Shown: one piece after another, positions 13,896 to 28,059 of the stretch
Numbering within the stretch: position 1 is the stretch's first letter
How the letters are laid out: every line of letters begins with the position of its first letter
Origin: Octopus sinensis
Lineage: Eukaryota
Direction of reading: 5' to 3'
Assembly (NCBI RefSeq): GCF_006345805.1
Contig: NC_043010.1
Coordinates: forward strand, 40,548,001 to 40,612,000
Length of the DNA: 64,000 bases
The notes under the pieces: model-generated
Told to the model about the DNA's origin: nothing
Seen by the model: the letters and a program-made list of their open reading frames with translations, nothing else
Database searches by the model: none
Translations under genes and position numbers: made by a program

Positions 13896-14289
13896 CAAAA
13901 GTACCAACATCATCTAACCGCTTGCACCATATGAATTATTGTTTCGCAGGCCTCTCTACCCATCAGTAAATAGCTTCCTTTCTGATTTCTATAAATAAGT
14001 TATCGTGCTAGTGTGAGATTCATCGGTTCAGGCGATGGGTAGCTTCAACAGTGGAGACATACAACGAGGCCGAAACACTTCAGTGCCTAGGAGCCTCCTT
14101 ATGCCGAAGAGTTAACGAATCATGAGTGTTAAAGACACACATCGTCTAAATGAGAGTAATCAGATATTCATGTTTGAACGAAATAAGAATACACAGACAC
14201 TTCAAAATTATAGAAGTTGGGGTGGGCTAAGTGACTGAATTGAGGACGTACAGAGCCATGTAAACATTGATGTCGTGTTCAATTCCCAG

Positions 14290-14476
14290 TTGTTCGAGCC
14301 ATTTTTTAAAATGCTTAGCGATATTTCGTCTGTCTTTACGTTCTGAGTTCAAATTCTGCCGACGTCGATTTTGCTTTCATCTTTTCGAGGTTGATAAATT
14401 AAGTACCAGTTATGTCATCGACTAGACCCCCCTCCACAAAAATCTCGGGCCTTGTGCCTAGAGTAGAAAAGAATGT
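14290..14476 (+). mobile_element. Meta-domain SINE with tail type 2 (GGCCTTGTGCCTAGAGTAGAAAAGAAT); further diverged copies on minus strand at 16075-16445, 38440-38580, 39550-39730, 43835-44280, 57635-57735 and plus at 40595-40795
   Basis: B box GAGTTCAAATTC followed by GC(C)TTTCATC(C)TTTCG(A/G)GGT(C/T)GATAAA..AGTACC, the Meta core pattern. Confidence 0.7.
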
Positions 14477-14483
14477 TATAGAA

Positions 14484-14870
14484 GGCGCAGGAGTGGCTGT
14501 ATGGTAAGTAGCTTGCTTCCAACCACAGGGTTCCGGGTTCAGTCCCATTACGTGGCACTTGGGTAATTGTCTTCTACTATAGCCTCGGGCCGACCAAAGC
14601 CCTGTGAGTAGATTTGGTAGACGGAAACTGAAAGAAGCCTGTCGTATATATGTATATATACATATATGTGTGTGTTTGTCCCCGAACATCGCTTGACAAC
14701 CTATGTTGGTGTGTTTGCGTCCCCGTAAACAAGCGGTTCGGCAAAAGAGACCGATAGAATAAGCACTTGGCTTACAAAGAATAAGTCCAAGATTCGATTT
14801 GCTCGACTAAAGGCGGTGCTCCAGCATGCGCGTAGTCAAATGAGTGAAACAAGTAAAAGAGTAAAAGAGA
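14484..14870 (+). mobile_element. tRNA-derived SINE family A (internal (TA)/(TG) microsatellite, (AAAAGAGT)n-like tail)
   Basis: GGCGCAGGAGTGGCTGT..GGTTCAGTCCC head; ~12 copies in window. Confidence 0.88.
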
Positions 14871-15367
14871 GAGTAAGCTGGAATTATGTATTCTTTGATT
14901 TAGCTTATTTGATCGGTGATATGCCCATTAGTTACGCATGCTACAGCGAGAAGAATAAAGCGTACACCGTATCCACGGGTAGCTCTAATAAGGCTGAAAT
15001 GTTCTACCATATGGCTCCCTCAAATTCTGTCCACAGAGATATATGCAAAAAAAAATATCACATGTAGTTTGTCATTTTAAAGGGCACCGTCAGTCATATC
15101 TTGTACAGTATATATACATTTATGAGCACCGTATTTAATTGTAACAAACTTAGGACAATAACACAGACAGGCGCGCACATACGTGCGTGCATGCACACAC
15201 ACAGACGTCATTTCGAAATGCAAATGCAGAAATTCAACTCAATACTTGAAATAGTTTATGTATTAGTTTCAAATGAAATGATTAATTCTGGATTAACTCA
15301 GAATTTCATGCCTTGGTTTTACACGCACGCACACACACACACGCACACACACACATACACATATACG

Positions 15368-15415
<48 letters not shown>

Positions 15416-15460
15416 CAGACACACAGACAGACAGACAGACACACAGACAGACAGACAGAA

Positions 15461-15491
<31 letters not shown>

Positions 15492-15560
15492 TAGATAGAT
15501 AGATGGGTGGATGGATGGATGGATGGATGGATGGATGGATGGCTAGAGTGATAGATAAAG

Positions 15561-15644
<84 letters not shown>

Positions 15645-15978
15645 GGGTGGATTGATGGATTGATGGACAAACGGGTGGATGGATGGCTAGATAGATAGAC
15701 AGATAGATAAACAATTCCAACCAAAGTGTTTCCTAACACCATTTTCTACACGCTATTGTTTGTTCCTTTATCTATCTTCAAAAAACGGTTTATTCATATC
15801 AAATAACCAAATGTTGTAACACTTCATGTCATATATTTGCCTGTATGTGCGTCCTTGCGTGTATTCACATGTATATGTGCGGTGTGTGTTTGTGTGTGTG
15901 TGTGTGTATGTGTGTGTGTAAGCGCGCGTCCGTATGTGTGTGTTTGTATGTATGTGTGCGTACGTGAGTGTATGTATG

Positions 15979-16012
<34 letters not shown>

Positions 16013-16868
16013 TGTATGCATGTATGTATGTATGTGTTGGTTCTAAAGACCTGAAACTTTGGGTTTTGACTTAGCTAATAACGTCGACCCCAATATTCAA
16101 ATAATACTCAATTTATCGACCCCGAAATGATGAAATACAAACTTGGCCCCAGCGGAATTTGAACTCAGAAAGTGAAGACGGATAAAATTACGCTAAGCTT
16201 TTTGCCCGTACAAACAACGATTATTACCAGCTCGCTGCTTTATGAGCCAGAAATATTTATATTTTTTTTCTAATTTTTGCACAAGATGAGCAAGTTCGGG
16301 TGGAGGGGTAAGTCGATTACATTGACCCTTAGTGCTCAACTGGTACTTATTTTATCGTTCCGGTAAGATGAAACGTAAAGTCGGCCTCGGCAGAATTCGA
16401 ACTCAGAAAGCGCCATATCAACGATGCTACCAGCTCGCTGCTTTAAATGAGCTGGAAATATTAGTAAAACATTTTAGCAAAAGTGATGTCTCATATCTTT
16501 TGACAAAAGTATGCCGTAAATGTTTCTTTTCATGGACATGTAATCCAGGCTCATAACAATTAATATTTTCTACAGACATATCTTTTCAGGCCACCAATAG
16601 ATTAACAATGTTCATTAAATGATTGTTGGCTACATATTATTTCAGGCGGCGAATATCTATTATTCATCTGCTTTAGTTAATGTCTCCTTTTGTGGCTAAT
16701 GGCGTCAGTTTTAAAAGACAAAACACGTTTTCTAGTTAAACACTCAAGAGCATTTTAATCTGTTCTTTTCTTTCTCTTTTTTTTTTCTCATAGCACCTGG
16801 TATCAAGTTTCCTTGATTAATGTGAGCGTGCATCTATATATGTTTATTATATCTATGCTTCTATAGTT

Positions 16869-16904
<36 letters not shown>

Positions 16905-17286
16905 ACAGCAACACACATACAGAGTGTTCTTGAATTATTTTTACAGTTTGGAAAATTCAGATCCAAAATGGAAAATGAGAATAAGTCTACAAAGTTTCTT
17001 CGAAGGCATTGGCAAATAGATAAAAGTTTAATTGGACACGTAAGAACACTTCAACACTGTCTCCACTGTTGACTACTACACATCTAGTAAAGATGATTAT
17101 GGACACCCTGTATATACACGCATATATATATATATATATATATATATGTTTTGTGTGTATGTTTGTGTGTGGTGTTCTTAACATTATATACTATATATAC
17201 TATCTAATCATATATGTATGGATATATATATATACATATCACACCCACACCACACCAACACTATATATATATATAAACATATATAT

Positions 17287-17625
17287 AGCGCAGTGTGACT
17301 GTGTGGTAAGAAGCTTGCTTCCCACCACATGTTTCTGGTTCGGTCCACACGAGCCTTTGTAAGTGGATTTGATAGACGCAAAGTGAAAGAAGTTTATACA
17401 TATATGTATGTATAAATTTATGCGTTTGTCTTCTACCCAACCCCCAACGCCACCCCATCGCTTGACAACCGATGTTGGTGTATTTATGTCTCCATAACTT
17501 AGCGGTTCGGCAACACATATCGATAGGATAAATACTTGAATAAGTCCTGGATCGTTTCTTTTGACTAACAACCTTTTAATGCGTTGCACCTGCCGTCAAG
17601 TGATTGAAATAAGTAAAGAATAAAA
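17287..17625 (+). mobile_element. SINE family A copy
   Basis: Similarity to 14484-14870. Confidence 0.8.
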
Positions 17626-18104
17626 TAATTTATACATATATATTATATATATATAATATAGATATATATATATATAAATTATATATTATATTATTCAAAG
17701 AATTCCAACTCTTCTGGTTTTTATGTTTTATTTATATTATTTTAAATATTAATGTAGAATATAGAATATATAGTATAAATAGTAATATGAAATGAAGTAT
17801 TGATTGTCTTATTGAATTGATGAAATATTGAACATCAAATATTAAGGGACTAGTATACTTTCTTGCATTTAAGCAGTCTTCAAGGTCCCAGATCGTGACA
17901 GGAATGTTTCAACTGTAGTTGACTGGCTGTCTTTTGTCCTTTATATACGTTCCTGTGGATAGCAGTAGGAGCTGTTTGGCTATTTTCAGAGATGATGCCA
18001 TATCATATATGTATATCATACATCATATATATCATATATATATATATATGTGTACATATATATATATGTATACATACATATATATATGTGTGTCTGTGTG
18101 TTTG

Positions 18105-18155
<51 letters not shown>

Positions 18156-18852
18156 ATATGTGTGTGTGTGTCTGTATGTATGTATATATGTATGTATGTA
18201 TCTATGTGTGTGTGTGTGTGTCTGTATGTATGTATATATGTATGTATGTATAAAAGAAAATCGAACAGCGTGGATTAAGTATTCATGTACCAAATGTTTA
18301 TTATCTGTTGAGACAAAATTAAAACATTAACCTCTTTCCTAGAAAGTAGAGCAAACTAAACTGTGTTAATCACTATCAGTTATATGCATGAGAGAATTCT
18401 TAATTGCAATTTACGCCAATATATCTTCCGATTAAACATTTTCCTTCTTTTTCGCTCATTTGAAGCCATCTCTTCCTTTTTACAGACCCCAGGGAGTCCA
18501 GTGTTGTCCCGCAACTATTTTAGAAGACAACCAGCTAGAAAATGCTTTCCCTGTCACTCTAAACACTCCCAATGTAGCAATGCGCCACATGCCGTGTTAT
18601 TAGATAGTATGTTTAAAGCCTTCTATAATAAATTGTGTTGTTATCGAATATATTCAAATGTATAACAATTCAGAAATTGAAACTCAACTCTTGCCGATGA
18701 CACGTTTATAATTTGTTTAACATATCGACCATTCACTATAAAATATTTACGTATGCAACAGTCGTATGGATCGTATAGTAAGAATTTGTCTACACGCACG
18801 CATGCGCACAGGCGTGCACATACAAGCGGATATAAACACGTGCGTACTTATA

Positions 18853-19077
18853 TATTACTTTACTACCCACAAGGGGCTAAACACAGAGGGGACAAACAAT
18901 GACTGACAAACGGATTATGTCGATTATACCGACCCCAGTGCGTAACTGGTACTTAATTTATCGACCCTGAAAGGATGAAAGGCAAAGTCAACCTCGGCGG
19001 AATTTGAACTCAGAAGGTAACGGCAGACGAAATACGGCTACGCATTTCACCCGGCGCGCTAACGTTTCTGCCAGCTC
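18853..19077 (-). mobile_element. Meta-domain SINE monomer with Tx1-like tail (type 1) and 11-bp TSD
   Basis: TSD GCGTACTTATA at 18842-18852 and 19078-19088; tail TTGTCCCCTCTGTGTTTAGCCCCTTGTGGGTAGTAAAG. Confidence 0.88.
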
Positions 19078-19330
19078 GCGTACTTATAGTCTACTGATCC
19101 GTTATTGGTAGGATATACGAAAATTATTCAATCCAGTGAAAGATTAATATCATTTAATATACACAGGTCTGAAAAAAAGAACAAGCTACAATAAGTGACA
19201 TTCCTCTGATAATATACAAAAAATGCATGAGCTTGTATAGTGTGCCATGCATTTTTAGGCAAACATATAACTGCTCGTATTTAAAACCTGAGTATATTGA
19301 AAAATATAAGTAGATAGATAGATAGATAAG

Positions 19331-20714
19331 TTTCTTTATTGGCCACACAGGGCTGCACACAGATGGACAAGTTTACAGGTAGAGCTTTTCTTTTGGGGGA
19401 TGAAGAGAACAAAAAACAAAAGAAAAAAAAGGGGTGGCGTAGGTTTTCGATCAAGATGGATCGTAATAGGAAGAAAAGAACAAAAAACAAAAAAAATTGA
19501 ATAAAATAAAAATAATAAAGAAAAAAAAAAGAAAAGAAAAGGAACAAAGAAAGAGAAATGAAAAAAGAAGAAAAAGGGGAAAAAAAGGGAAGAGGAAAAA
19601 AAAAAGGAACGATCAATAGGGTATCGTGTATCACAGTGTTATGATATATTTGTAAAGGGGAAAGCAAGTAAGGTTTATGCGTGGAAGAAAAGCCTACGAA
19701 AAAGACCACGGTAACCTTGGTCAATATTGTTATATGTTACCACATTTGTTTGCAAGTGGGTACCCTCTGTTTTCAATTTCTGGGTTCATAGGATTATGCT
19801 CAAGGTGGCTTCGTCATTCATACGTGCCATGCTTGCTACATTCACCCATCTTTTTTTAAAACATTCGCTAGACAAACTTTGCCTCTCTACTCTCACTTTC
19901 CTTTTCAAGTGGTGACTTGAAGAAGTTGATGAGAGATTGACCAGAGAGGAAAGTGTTTGTCTCCAATCCTTTCAGACGCGTCCACCAGATACATTCTTTT
20001 TCGCCATAGCCACAAGGATGATGAAAATAGCTCTTCCTTCCCGTTTGAAGGAAGGAGGTGTGACAATATTGACGATAAACCGACTCGTCCCACACGTGAC
20101 AGCAGTTGTTCGACATAAGCCCACAGGTCGGAAATTGTTGGACACTGCACGAGTGCGCGCAGAACGGTTTCGTCGCTCTGACCGCATCTCGGGCAGGTCG
20201 GCCCCGTGTTTCTCGAGCCGTGTCTGTAGAGCTTATCCCGAACGGGTAGCGCTTCTCGTAACACTGCCAGGCCAGGGATCTCTGGAAGTTGTCCATGGGC
20301 CCTGGCCCGAAGTCGTCCTGAACAGGCGGGTCAGGTACTCCTCGTCGACGTCCAGGTTCGCCCCGAGCTCGTCGTCGTACCTCCCCTCCACTAATCCCCT
20401 GTAGAATGCTTTGGTTGTGTTGAAGTCACTCAAAGTCGACCCAGGACGGCAGAGTTGCTTGAGAGCAACGCGACACTCGCGGTGCCATTCGCCCTTCCTC
20501 GGCCTCTTTTTGATCCACGACTGCAGTTCGGTCATGGAGACGAGCTGCGGGAAAGCGTGCCTCACAAACGGCGACCACACCTGTTCACCGTCGTCTATAT
20601 AGAGCCAGAGATGTCGCAGTCTCAGCGCGTGTCTGCGCATCATCAACCACGGCATGCTCAGCCCTACTTTTAACGGGTGTTGACAGCAAATGGATCGCCT
20701 GACCATCGGGACGC
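19331..20714 (-). mobile_element. 5'-truncated L1/Tx1-clade LINE (C-terminal ORF2 + 3' UTR) embedded in (GATA)n
   Basis: PLKVGLSMP motif, LAW..ALPVRDKL, zinc motif CPRCGQSDETVL(R)ALVQC, terminal FKKRW; stop at 19786; ends GCCCTGTGTGGCCAATAAAGAAA then (TCTA)n. Confidence 0.85.
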
Positions 20715-20755
<41 letters not shown>

Positions 20756-20757
20756 TG

Positions 20758-21058
20758 TTTCTTTATTAGCCACACAGGGATGAACACAGAGGGGACAAAT
20801 TACAAAGTAGACCTTTTCTTTTGGGGGAGAAAAAGCGGGGGTAGGTTTTCGATCAAAAGGGATCGTAAAACAAAGAAAGAAAAACGAAGGAATAAACGAT
20901 CAATAGGGATCGTGTATCACAGAAATGGCATGATGTAAAGTGTAAAGGGAGAAACAGATAAGGTTTATCCGTGGAAAGAAAAGCCTACGGAAAAACCACG
21001 GTAACCTCGGTCAATAATGTCACATGATAACACATTTATTTGCAAGTAAGTAACTCTA
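20758..21058 (-). mobile_element. Second, 3'-UTR-only copy of the same Tx1-like LINE family, in tandem and flanked by (GATA)n
   Basis: Colinear similarity to 19331-19770; (GATA)n at 20715-20755 and 21072-21121. Confidence 0.85.
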
Positions 21059-21072
21059 AAGAAACTTTATTG

Positions 21073-21123
<51 letters not shown>

Positions 21124-21299
21124 CAGACAGACATAAACACGTACATACATTCACAGACAGACACACAAGTAATTTAAATATAGATATCAGTATTTATGTA
21201 TCACTGCTGTACTAGATTACTGAAATTAAAATCTGTGGTTTTGCATATTTGTTAGCAATGTTTATGTTCTATCAACTGACATGATTTCTATTAACGCAC

Positions 21300-22180
21300 A
21301 TGTTTGCTTTCAGCGAAGTTCAAACATCTGATGTGCAAACTGTGGGTTTTATCAGGTTTAGAGAGAATAGATTGTATGAGAGTTTGATATGTGAGGAGAC
21401 AAGTCTTTCCACAAACGTTTCAAACCCATCCATTACAAAATTATTTCTAAGCAGAGACTGTCTACTCGATCTTTCTTACAGAAGTAAAGGAAGGAAGGTG
21501 AACTTCACGACAGACTCGATTGATACTCAATTTGCTCTTAAGTGGAATGAATTTAAGTATTTGCATTCATACAAATACTAATATTGTTATAGTAGCATAG
21601 AGCTGAGATTTGTTATGCCCTTTCTAGACTATGGTTATGAACACAACCTGTTTCCTTAATGTACGCCACTGATGTTGTTTCTATGTTGTTGTTTTTTTTC
21701 TTTTGGTAACTTAAGCTCTGTTAACTGCAATGATCTCAACGGTTTGCTTTTAGATACGGTTGACTTAACCCAGGTTTTCAAGAGATGCATTTATTTCCGA
21801 TTTGTAAGCTCTAACACTTCTTTCGTATTCGATATCATTATGATATTGCGTAGTAATCAAAATTCTCTATCACGAGATATCTTCTGTCCACACGAGTTCC
21901 GTGTCTATGATTACATGCTGGATTCCAAATTTCATTTTTTTTTTGTCAATATTCACAGTTCTGAACATCAAAATAAATTGTGATGGTCTATATTTCATTG
22001 ATAGAAACGTTGCTTTGCACTTCGACATTGAAATAAAAATGTCCAGTCATCCGTCCTCGCTTTTTGACATAACATAAACTTTGATGTTGAGACCTATGGC
22101 GATTTCAACATTTTTCTCATACTTTCGTACACACTGACACCATCTGGTGATTACTTTAAATCTGTTTTTCAGTTTCTCTC
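21300..22180 (-). mobile_element. Possible very old LINE (RTE-like) 3' remnant
   Basis: Only faint residual motifs on the minus strand (..R..GH.., CGKTCL); heavily decayed. Confidence 0.25.
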
Positions 22181-22214
22181 ACTGTCACCAAATGAGAAAG
22201 TCAATTATAACAAA

Positions 22215-22598
22215 CTAGCAGTATCGCCCGGCGTTGCTCGGGTTTGTAAGGGAAATAACTATAAAGCATTTTTAGAGAGTTATAGCCAAAAAATAGCAAA
22301 AGATGCATTAAAAATGGAACAAAATATGATGGTAAAAATCGTTGACTCATCATAGACATTTTTAGAGAGTTACTTCCCTTTAAAAAAATATACCTTAAAA
22401 TGGAAAAAAATGATGGTAAATTATTTTTTAAATCGTAGACTCATCGTAGACGTGTGCTAATACCCAGAAGGGCTCGATATGAATCACGACTATAAGATAC
22501 CCGGTTTTGGTTAAACTGCACCGCAAAATGTGGGAGTAGTTAGGAATCTAAATCGAAGGGGACAGATACTCACACAACTACAGTTTTATATATAAAGA
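22215..22598 (-). mobile_element. Non-autonomous Helitron H1 copy 3
   Basis: A|TCTTTATATATAAAA 5' end, hairpin + CTAG|T 3' end on minus strand; two internal ~100-bp units. Confidence 0.82.
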
Positions 22599-23664
22599 TT
22601 TCGGAATATTTTTTTTTTACAATACTTTTTTACAATACTTTTTTACAATACTTAACAACAGCTTCGGTCACTTTCTAAAGAACAAATCTAGCACTGAAAA
22701 AAAATATTGACGTGGTATTCAGCCCAGCTGCGTTTAGTAACAGCAGGAAGTGTGTTCTTAACTGTATACGAGAGACGGATGAGGAACAATGCAGTTATAT
22801 GTGTGTCTTAAGTTAATCGATTAATCAATAGGATATTGTATTGCAGTGGCAGACGGTTGTGATTCTACGGTTTTATTGTTTTGGACATCGGATTTCGAAA
22901 AGTTTAAAATTGTTGGTAACTAAAACTTTTTATGAGGATTTTAATGGTCTTTGGTAGAGGAAGAAGGGAGACGCCTATGAACATTATGAAAGAGGTTGGA
23001 GAACGTTGAATGGAAATAAGTCGAAACGCACACATATAAGCGCTTTCGCAGTAGGGAACAACATACACATATGTGTATGTGTATATATGCACACACACAC
23101 ACTTATCTATACAAACTTCCACACATATCCATATATACATATATGTATATGTGTGTGTATGTGTGTGTGTTCGTGTATATATATATATGCGTGTATATAT
23201 ATGTATATATATATATATATATATGTATGTATATATGTATATATATGTATGCATGTATATATATATGTATGCATGTATATATATATGTATGTATGCATAT
23301 ATATATATATATATATATTTATATATGTATGCATATATATATATGTATGTATGTATGCATGTATTTATCAACGATTTTATTGCTGGTTTTTTAAACCAGC
23401 AGTCGCAAGTTCCATCAGCCCTAGGCGTTTTTGGTAAAATTATACTTTTCGGAAGAGGCTAAGATGCATAGTTAAGATATTTGATTCGCTGTCATCGGTT
23501 ACTTCGCCTTCAATGCTACTTTGTGGCGACTTCAGTAATTTTCTTCTACTATATATTACCTTAGGCCACCAATTTATCTCTGAACGAATTTGATAGACGG
23601 TAACAACGGAAGTCCGTCGTAGACGCACGCATTTACATATACCTATGCAAAAAAGTTCCTGCTT

Positions 23665-23843
23665 TCAAAGGCGTGGTTGAGTTCTCAAACTTCTGAATTT
23701 TTTTTTACAGGGCTTATAAAAACTGAAGAACCGCTGCAATAAGTGTGAGAGCTGAGGGGAGTATATGTTGAATAAAATCATAATTAACTGATCCGGCTGT
23801 ATTTCATTTTACCCAAATACGGGAACTTTTCAGCATCCCTTGT
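23665..23843 (+). mobile_element. 3' terminal fragment of a mariner element
   Basis: KAWLSSQTSEFF..G..KL.NRCNKC..LRG.YVE* followed by TIR-like GGGAACTTTTCAGCATCCCTTG. Confidence 0.7.
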
Positions 23844-23989
23844 GTGTTTGTGCTTGAGTACATGTCTGTGTGAGGGAGTGCAAAAACAGGAAAATCAAAA
23901 GAACGGATAAACATTTCATATGTCATAATAAGCCTTGATATTTTCTTGCTCACGGACTTGATTTGTGATGTATTCAGCGTTTAACGTAT

Positions 23990-24918
23990 TGTTGTGAATA
24001 GTTCAGTTCAGGGACAGTACTTCTTGACCTACTTTGCTTGGGGTGGAGTCTGAGTGATGGCTTTTGGAAGGACCCCTCCCTTTTTGCCGGTCAAGGAAGG
24101 GTCAAAGAAACTATCTTATAAAAAGGAGCTGTGAGTCTGTAGATCAGTTCCAGCCGAGAGATTGGGGTAGTAACATGGCAGAAGCGCAGAGAAAGACAGA
24201 CATACAGTCATGAGAGATGACAGACGAGAGTATAACAGTAGAGTGAAGGGATGAGGGGCTAAGGAAGATATACACATAGGATTAAGCAGCTAATAGAGAT
24301 GGACTACGTTGTGAGGCATTGACTGTTGTACGGTATGTGTTGATTATTGAGTTGTGTTACTTATGTAAAAGAATTGAACAATATGAATTGAGTAAAGGAC
24401 TTGTTGATGTGTTATAAAGAACAATGTGAATTGTATTGATACGTGTTACAAAAAAAGAAGGAAAAAGACAAGAAAAGAACTCTGAACTGTATCGTTAATG
24501 TGTACGTTAATTGAACGTTATTTGTTTTAATTGGATTCGAACTATTGTCTCTGAACTGTTTATTGTAGCTGCATGTTTAAATGCTTTGATCTGTTGCATG
24601 CTGTTGATTCTTTGATTTATTTGATTTGTTGTATTTGATTTGTTGTTTCCTTCTTTGATATATCTGATGTATATTTAAATGTATTTGATGATGTAATAAT
24701 TGTCATAAGCTGTGGTTAAATGTAAGCCGATTGCCTCTGTGTGTCTCTTCCTGCTGCTGTTGTTGTTGTTGTTATCTCTCTCCTCTCTGAGTTCCGTGGC
24801 GAACTTTCCCCGACCGATCGAGCCTGGTCAATCGTCGTCGCTCGACTTGATGGGATCCCGGGTTCAAGTTCGAGCGACGGCAGGTGGGATTCCGTAACAA
24901 CTTTGGGATTCCGTAACA
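23990..24918 (+). mobile_element. Solo LTR (929 bp), Gypsy-like 4-bp TSD
   Basis: Starts TGTTGTGAA, ends TTCCGTAACA (imperfect terminal inverted repeat), GTAT on both flanks, TATAAAAAGG near 24117. Confidence 0.7.
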
Positions 24919-25079
24919 GTATTATTTCCCGACATTTGTAACGTATTTTCTCGTTGCAGTTTTTTAATATCCTGTTATTAAATTGCGTCCCTTGTTTAGT
25001 CTTATTTCATTAATCTGCTCCTTTCGCTAAATACTTTCTGTTTTATACAGAATGGCAACAAATTTGTAGTGAAAAATTA

Positions 25080-25155
25080 AACACACCAGCATCGGTTGTC
25101 AAGTGATATTGGGGGGGACAGTCACAGACACACAAACGTATACACACACACACAT

Positions 25156-25190
<35 letters not shown>

Positions 25191-25350
25191 CGACGGCCCT
25201 CTTTCAGTTTCCGTCTACCAAATCCACTCACAAGGCTTCGGTCAGCCCGAAGCTATAGTAGAAGACACTTGCCCAAGGTGCCACGCAGTGGGAGTGAACC
25301 TAGAACCACGTGGTTTGTAAACAAGCTACTTACCACACATCCACTCCTCG
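25080..25350 (-). mobile_element. SINE family A, 3'-truncated
   Basis: Reverse complement of family A head and body. Confidence 0.82.
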
Positions 25351-25619
25351 GCGTATTCATTTTATATTTATATTCACATCAACTAACGCGTGTTTCACTT
25401 TAAACCAGTAGATTTTGCATTGAGATTTGGACCGATAGTTAGTAGAGTAATGAGGTAGAAAGTTACCGGTTAATACAGCAATAGCGCACTGCATCTTGAT
25501 AGATTGGATAAAGATTAAATATGTTTCTGCCTAAGCCGTTGACTACATTGCAAGAAGCTTTACGGGAACACGAAATTCAAATTCAATACAACAAACTACG
25601 TACATGCCCCTTTGCCTTT

Positions 25620-25799
25620 GCTGGGAGTGGCTGTGTGGTAAGTGGCTTGCTTACCAACCACATGGTTCCGGGTTCAGTCTGTATCTTGGGCAATTGTCTT
25701 CTACTATAGCCTCGTACCGTCCGAAGCCTTCTGAGTGGATTTAGTAAACGGAAACTGAAAGAAGCCCATCGTATATATGTATGTGTATATATGTATGTG

Positions 25800-25846
<47 letters not shown>

Positions 25847-26066
25847 TGTGTGTGGTGTGTGTGTCTGTATTTGTTCCCCTAGCATTGCTTGACAACCGAT
25901 GCTGGTGTGTTCATGTCCCCGTCACTTAGCTGTTCGGCAAAAGAGACCGATAGAATAAGTACCAGGCTTACAAAGAATAAGTCCTGGGGTCGATTTGCTC
26001 GACTAAAGGCTGTGCTCCAGCATGACCACAGTCAAATGAATGAAACAAGTTAAAGAGTAAAAGAGT
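25620..26066 (+). mobile_element. SINE family A copy
   Basis: Similarity to 14484-14870. Confidence 0.88.
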
Positions 26067-27915
26067 GGCAAAATATTTTATTAAGCACCAGTACAACTCT
26101 ACTCAAACAAATCTGTGATCATTGACACTCCAGCCGTAACCAACTTGTATGTTTTTTTTTCGGTATCTAGAAATACATTACACTTACATTTGTTTACTTG
26201 TTTAAGACAGTGAAGTAGGATGTGAGAGAAATTCAACTGCTGTTTCTCGCAGATCTATTCAGTGTGATTTACCTTTGTTGGCTGGCCGCAGTGAATTAAA
26301 TAAAAAAGAACTATTCAAGCTAGATAGGATTTGGTCGTTATAGGGACTTTGTCTTTGTGTCTTGGTTTCAGAGTAGTACTAGTGAAAGAAACGAGCCAGT
26401 TAACAGCCCAGTAGTATATCGATTATATCATCAATTTTGCTTTGTTTAAATTTAAATTTCTCATCCGTCAGTCTACCGTTGCAAGCATTGGTGGGGCGCC
26501 AGGCAATATATTTCGCAGTAATCAGTCACATTTGTGTGGAACAGCATTGTATCATTTTCTTTTTTTTTTTTTTGGCGAGGGGGGGGATCAAACCCGCGGA
26601 GTCGACATAACCTTTCATTCCTCTCACTGTAATATCAATCGATTTTACTCTCATCACCAACTTAGAGTGACCATTCGTCTAATCTTATACCAAAAGAAAA
26701 TATTATCAATATACATTAATAAAATCATTATTGGCACACATGCCCCAATATGTGTGTGTGTGTGTGTGTATGTGCGTGCGTATATGTGTGCAAGTATGTG
26801 AGTGTATGTATATGTATGTATATGTGTGTATGTATTTCAGTCGTGCAATTCATCAATGCTCTTTTTTTTCCTTCATCCTTCCGGTCGCTGCAGACGCTTC
26901 TTTATTCTACACTTTCATTCAGTCGTCTGCTTCCACAAGTCGCCATCTTTGCCGAAGCAATGCAATCGTTCTTAACAATAATCCATTGGGTTAATGGATC
27001 AGTATATAATTGGTGTTTTGTATAAGCAAAAATAGTTCTCTTTGGCACGGAACCTAAATTTTGAATAGTCGACTGAGTGATGATTCATTTATCTATATAT
27101 CGACTCATTAGCCTACTTTTTTTTCTTTCCTTTTCCTTTTCCAGACGAGAAATCTTCATATTTATTTTCATCCTGATTATTTCTTTGTCAATAGTCTGTG
27201 CTGGAGATATCTTAAGCAAGTAAAGAAAACTTCTTCGAATTCGGAAGTTGGTAATAATTTAAAGACTTTTCCATCATTCTTTTCTTTAAAGTTGTGCATT
27301 TAACCAGTATCCTAAGAGTAATATTATATGCTGTCTCGTCATATTTCTATGAGTTGTGCGGCTCTGAATAAGCAGCTAAATCCGTTTAAATAAAACCCAG
27401 CTTTAGTTTGTTTTTATTGACTTTTTGTACTCATAGTTGCAGGCTATAATATGGTCATTCTACAGCAGGGGTAGATAAGTTATTTGAGAGGAACAGACTC
27501 ATATGCTTTTCTTTTTTACGTTCAAGAGCCGCAACGAATATTTTAAAAATTATATTTAAAAGCAATAAAGCGTTCTGCTCTACATTGTTATTCACTGAAG
27601 TAAACTGACAAATCTCTGCTTGCTGGAAGCGCTGCCCTCCTTGCTTCGTTTTAGCAGTGTATATTTGAAAACCAGCCATGTTTAAGTTTCAAGTTGTTTT
27701 AGGTTAAAAGAAGTAAAAAACATTGAAAACCCTATATTATTTCGGGAGTGTTACATATTCGCTCTGAGAGCGGCATGTGGATTTCCAGCCTTAAATTATG
27801 CAACACTGCCATACTGCAAAAAAGCAATATATATGTGTGTATGATATATATATATATATACATACACTTACTTGGAAGAGGATGTGTTGGGTTCAATCAT
27901 ATAATAATATAAATA

Positions 27916-27952
<37 letters not shown>

Positions 27953-27955
27953 TAT

Positions 27956-27992
<37 letters not shown>

Positions 27993-28059
27993 ATGTGGAC
28001 ACAGGACGTCAGGAAACGTGTACAACCAAAATGTACGAAGCAGAGAATCTGTGATCTCC

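Noticed and set aside
27130-27490. Faint hAT-like transposase C-terminus and CAGGGGT terminus
   Set aside because: Similarity too weak and fragmented to support by eye
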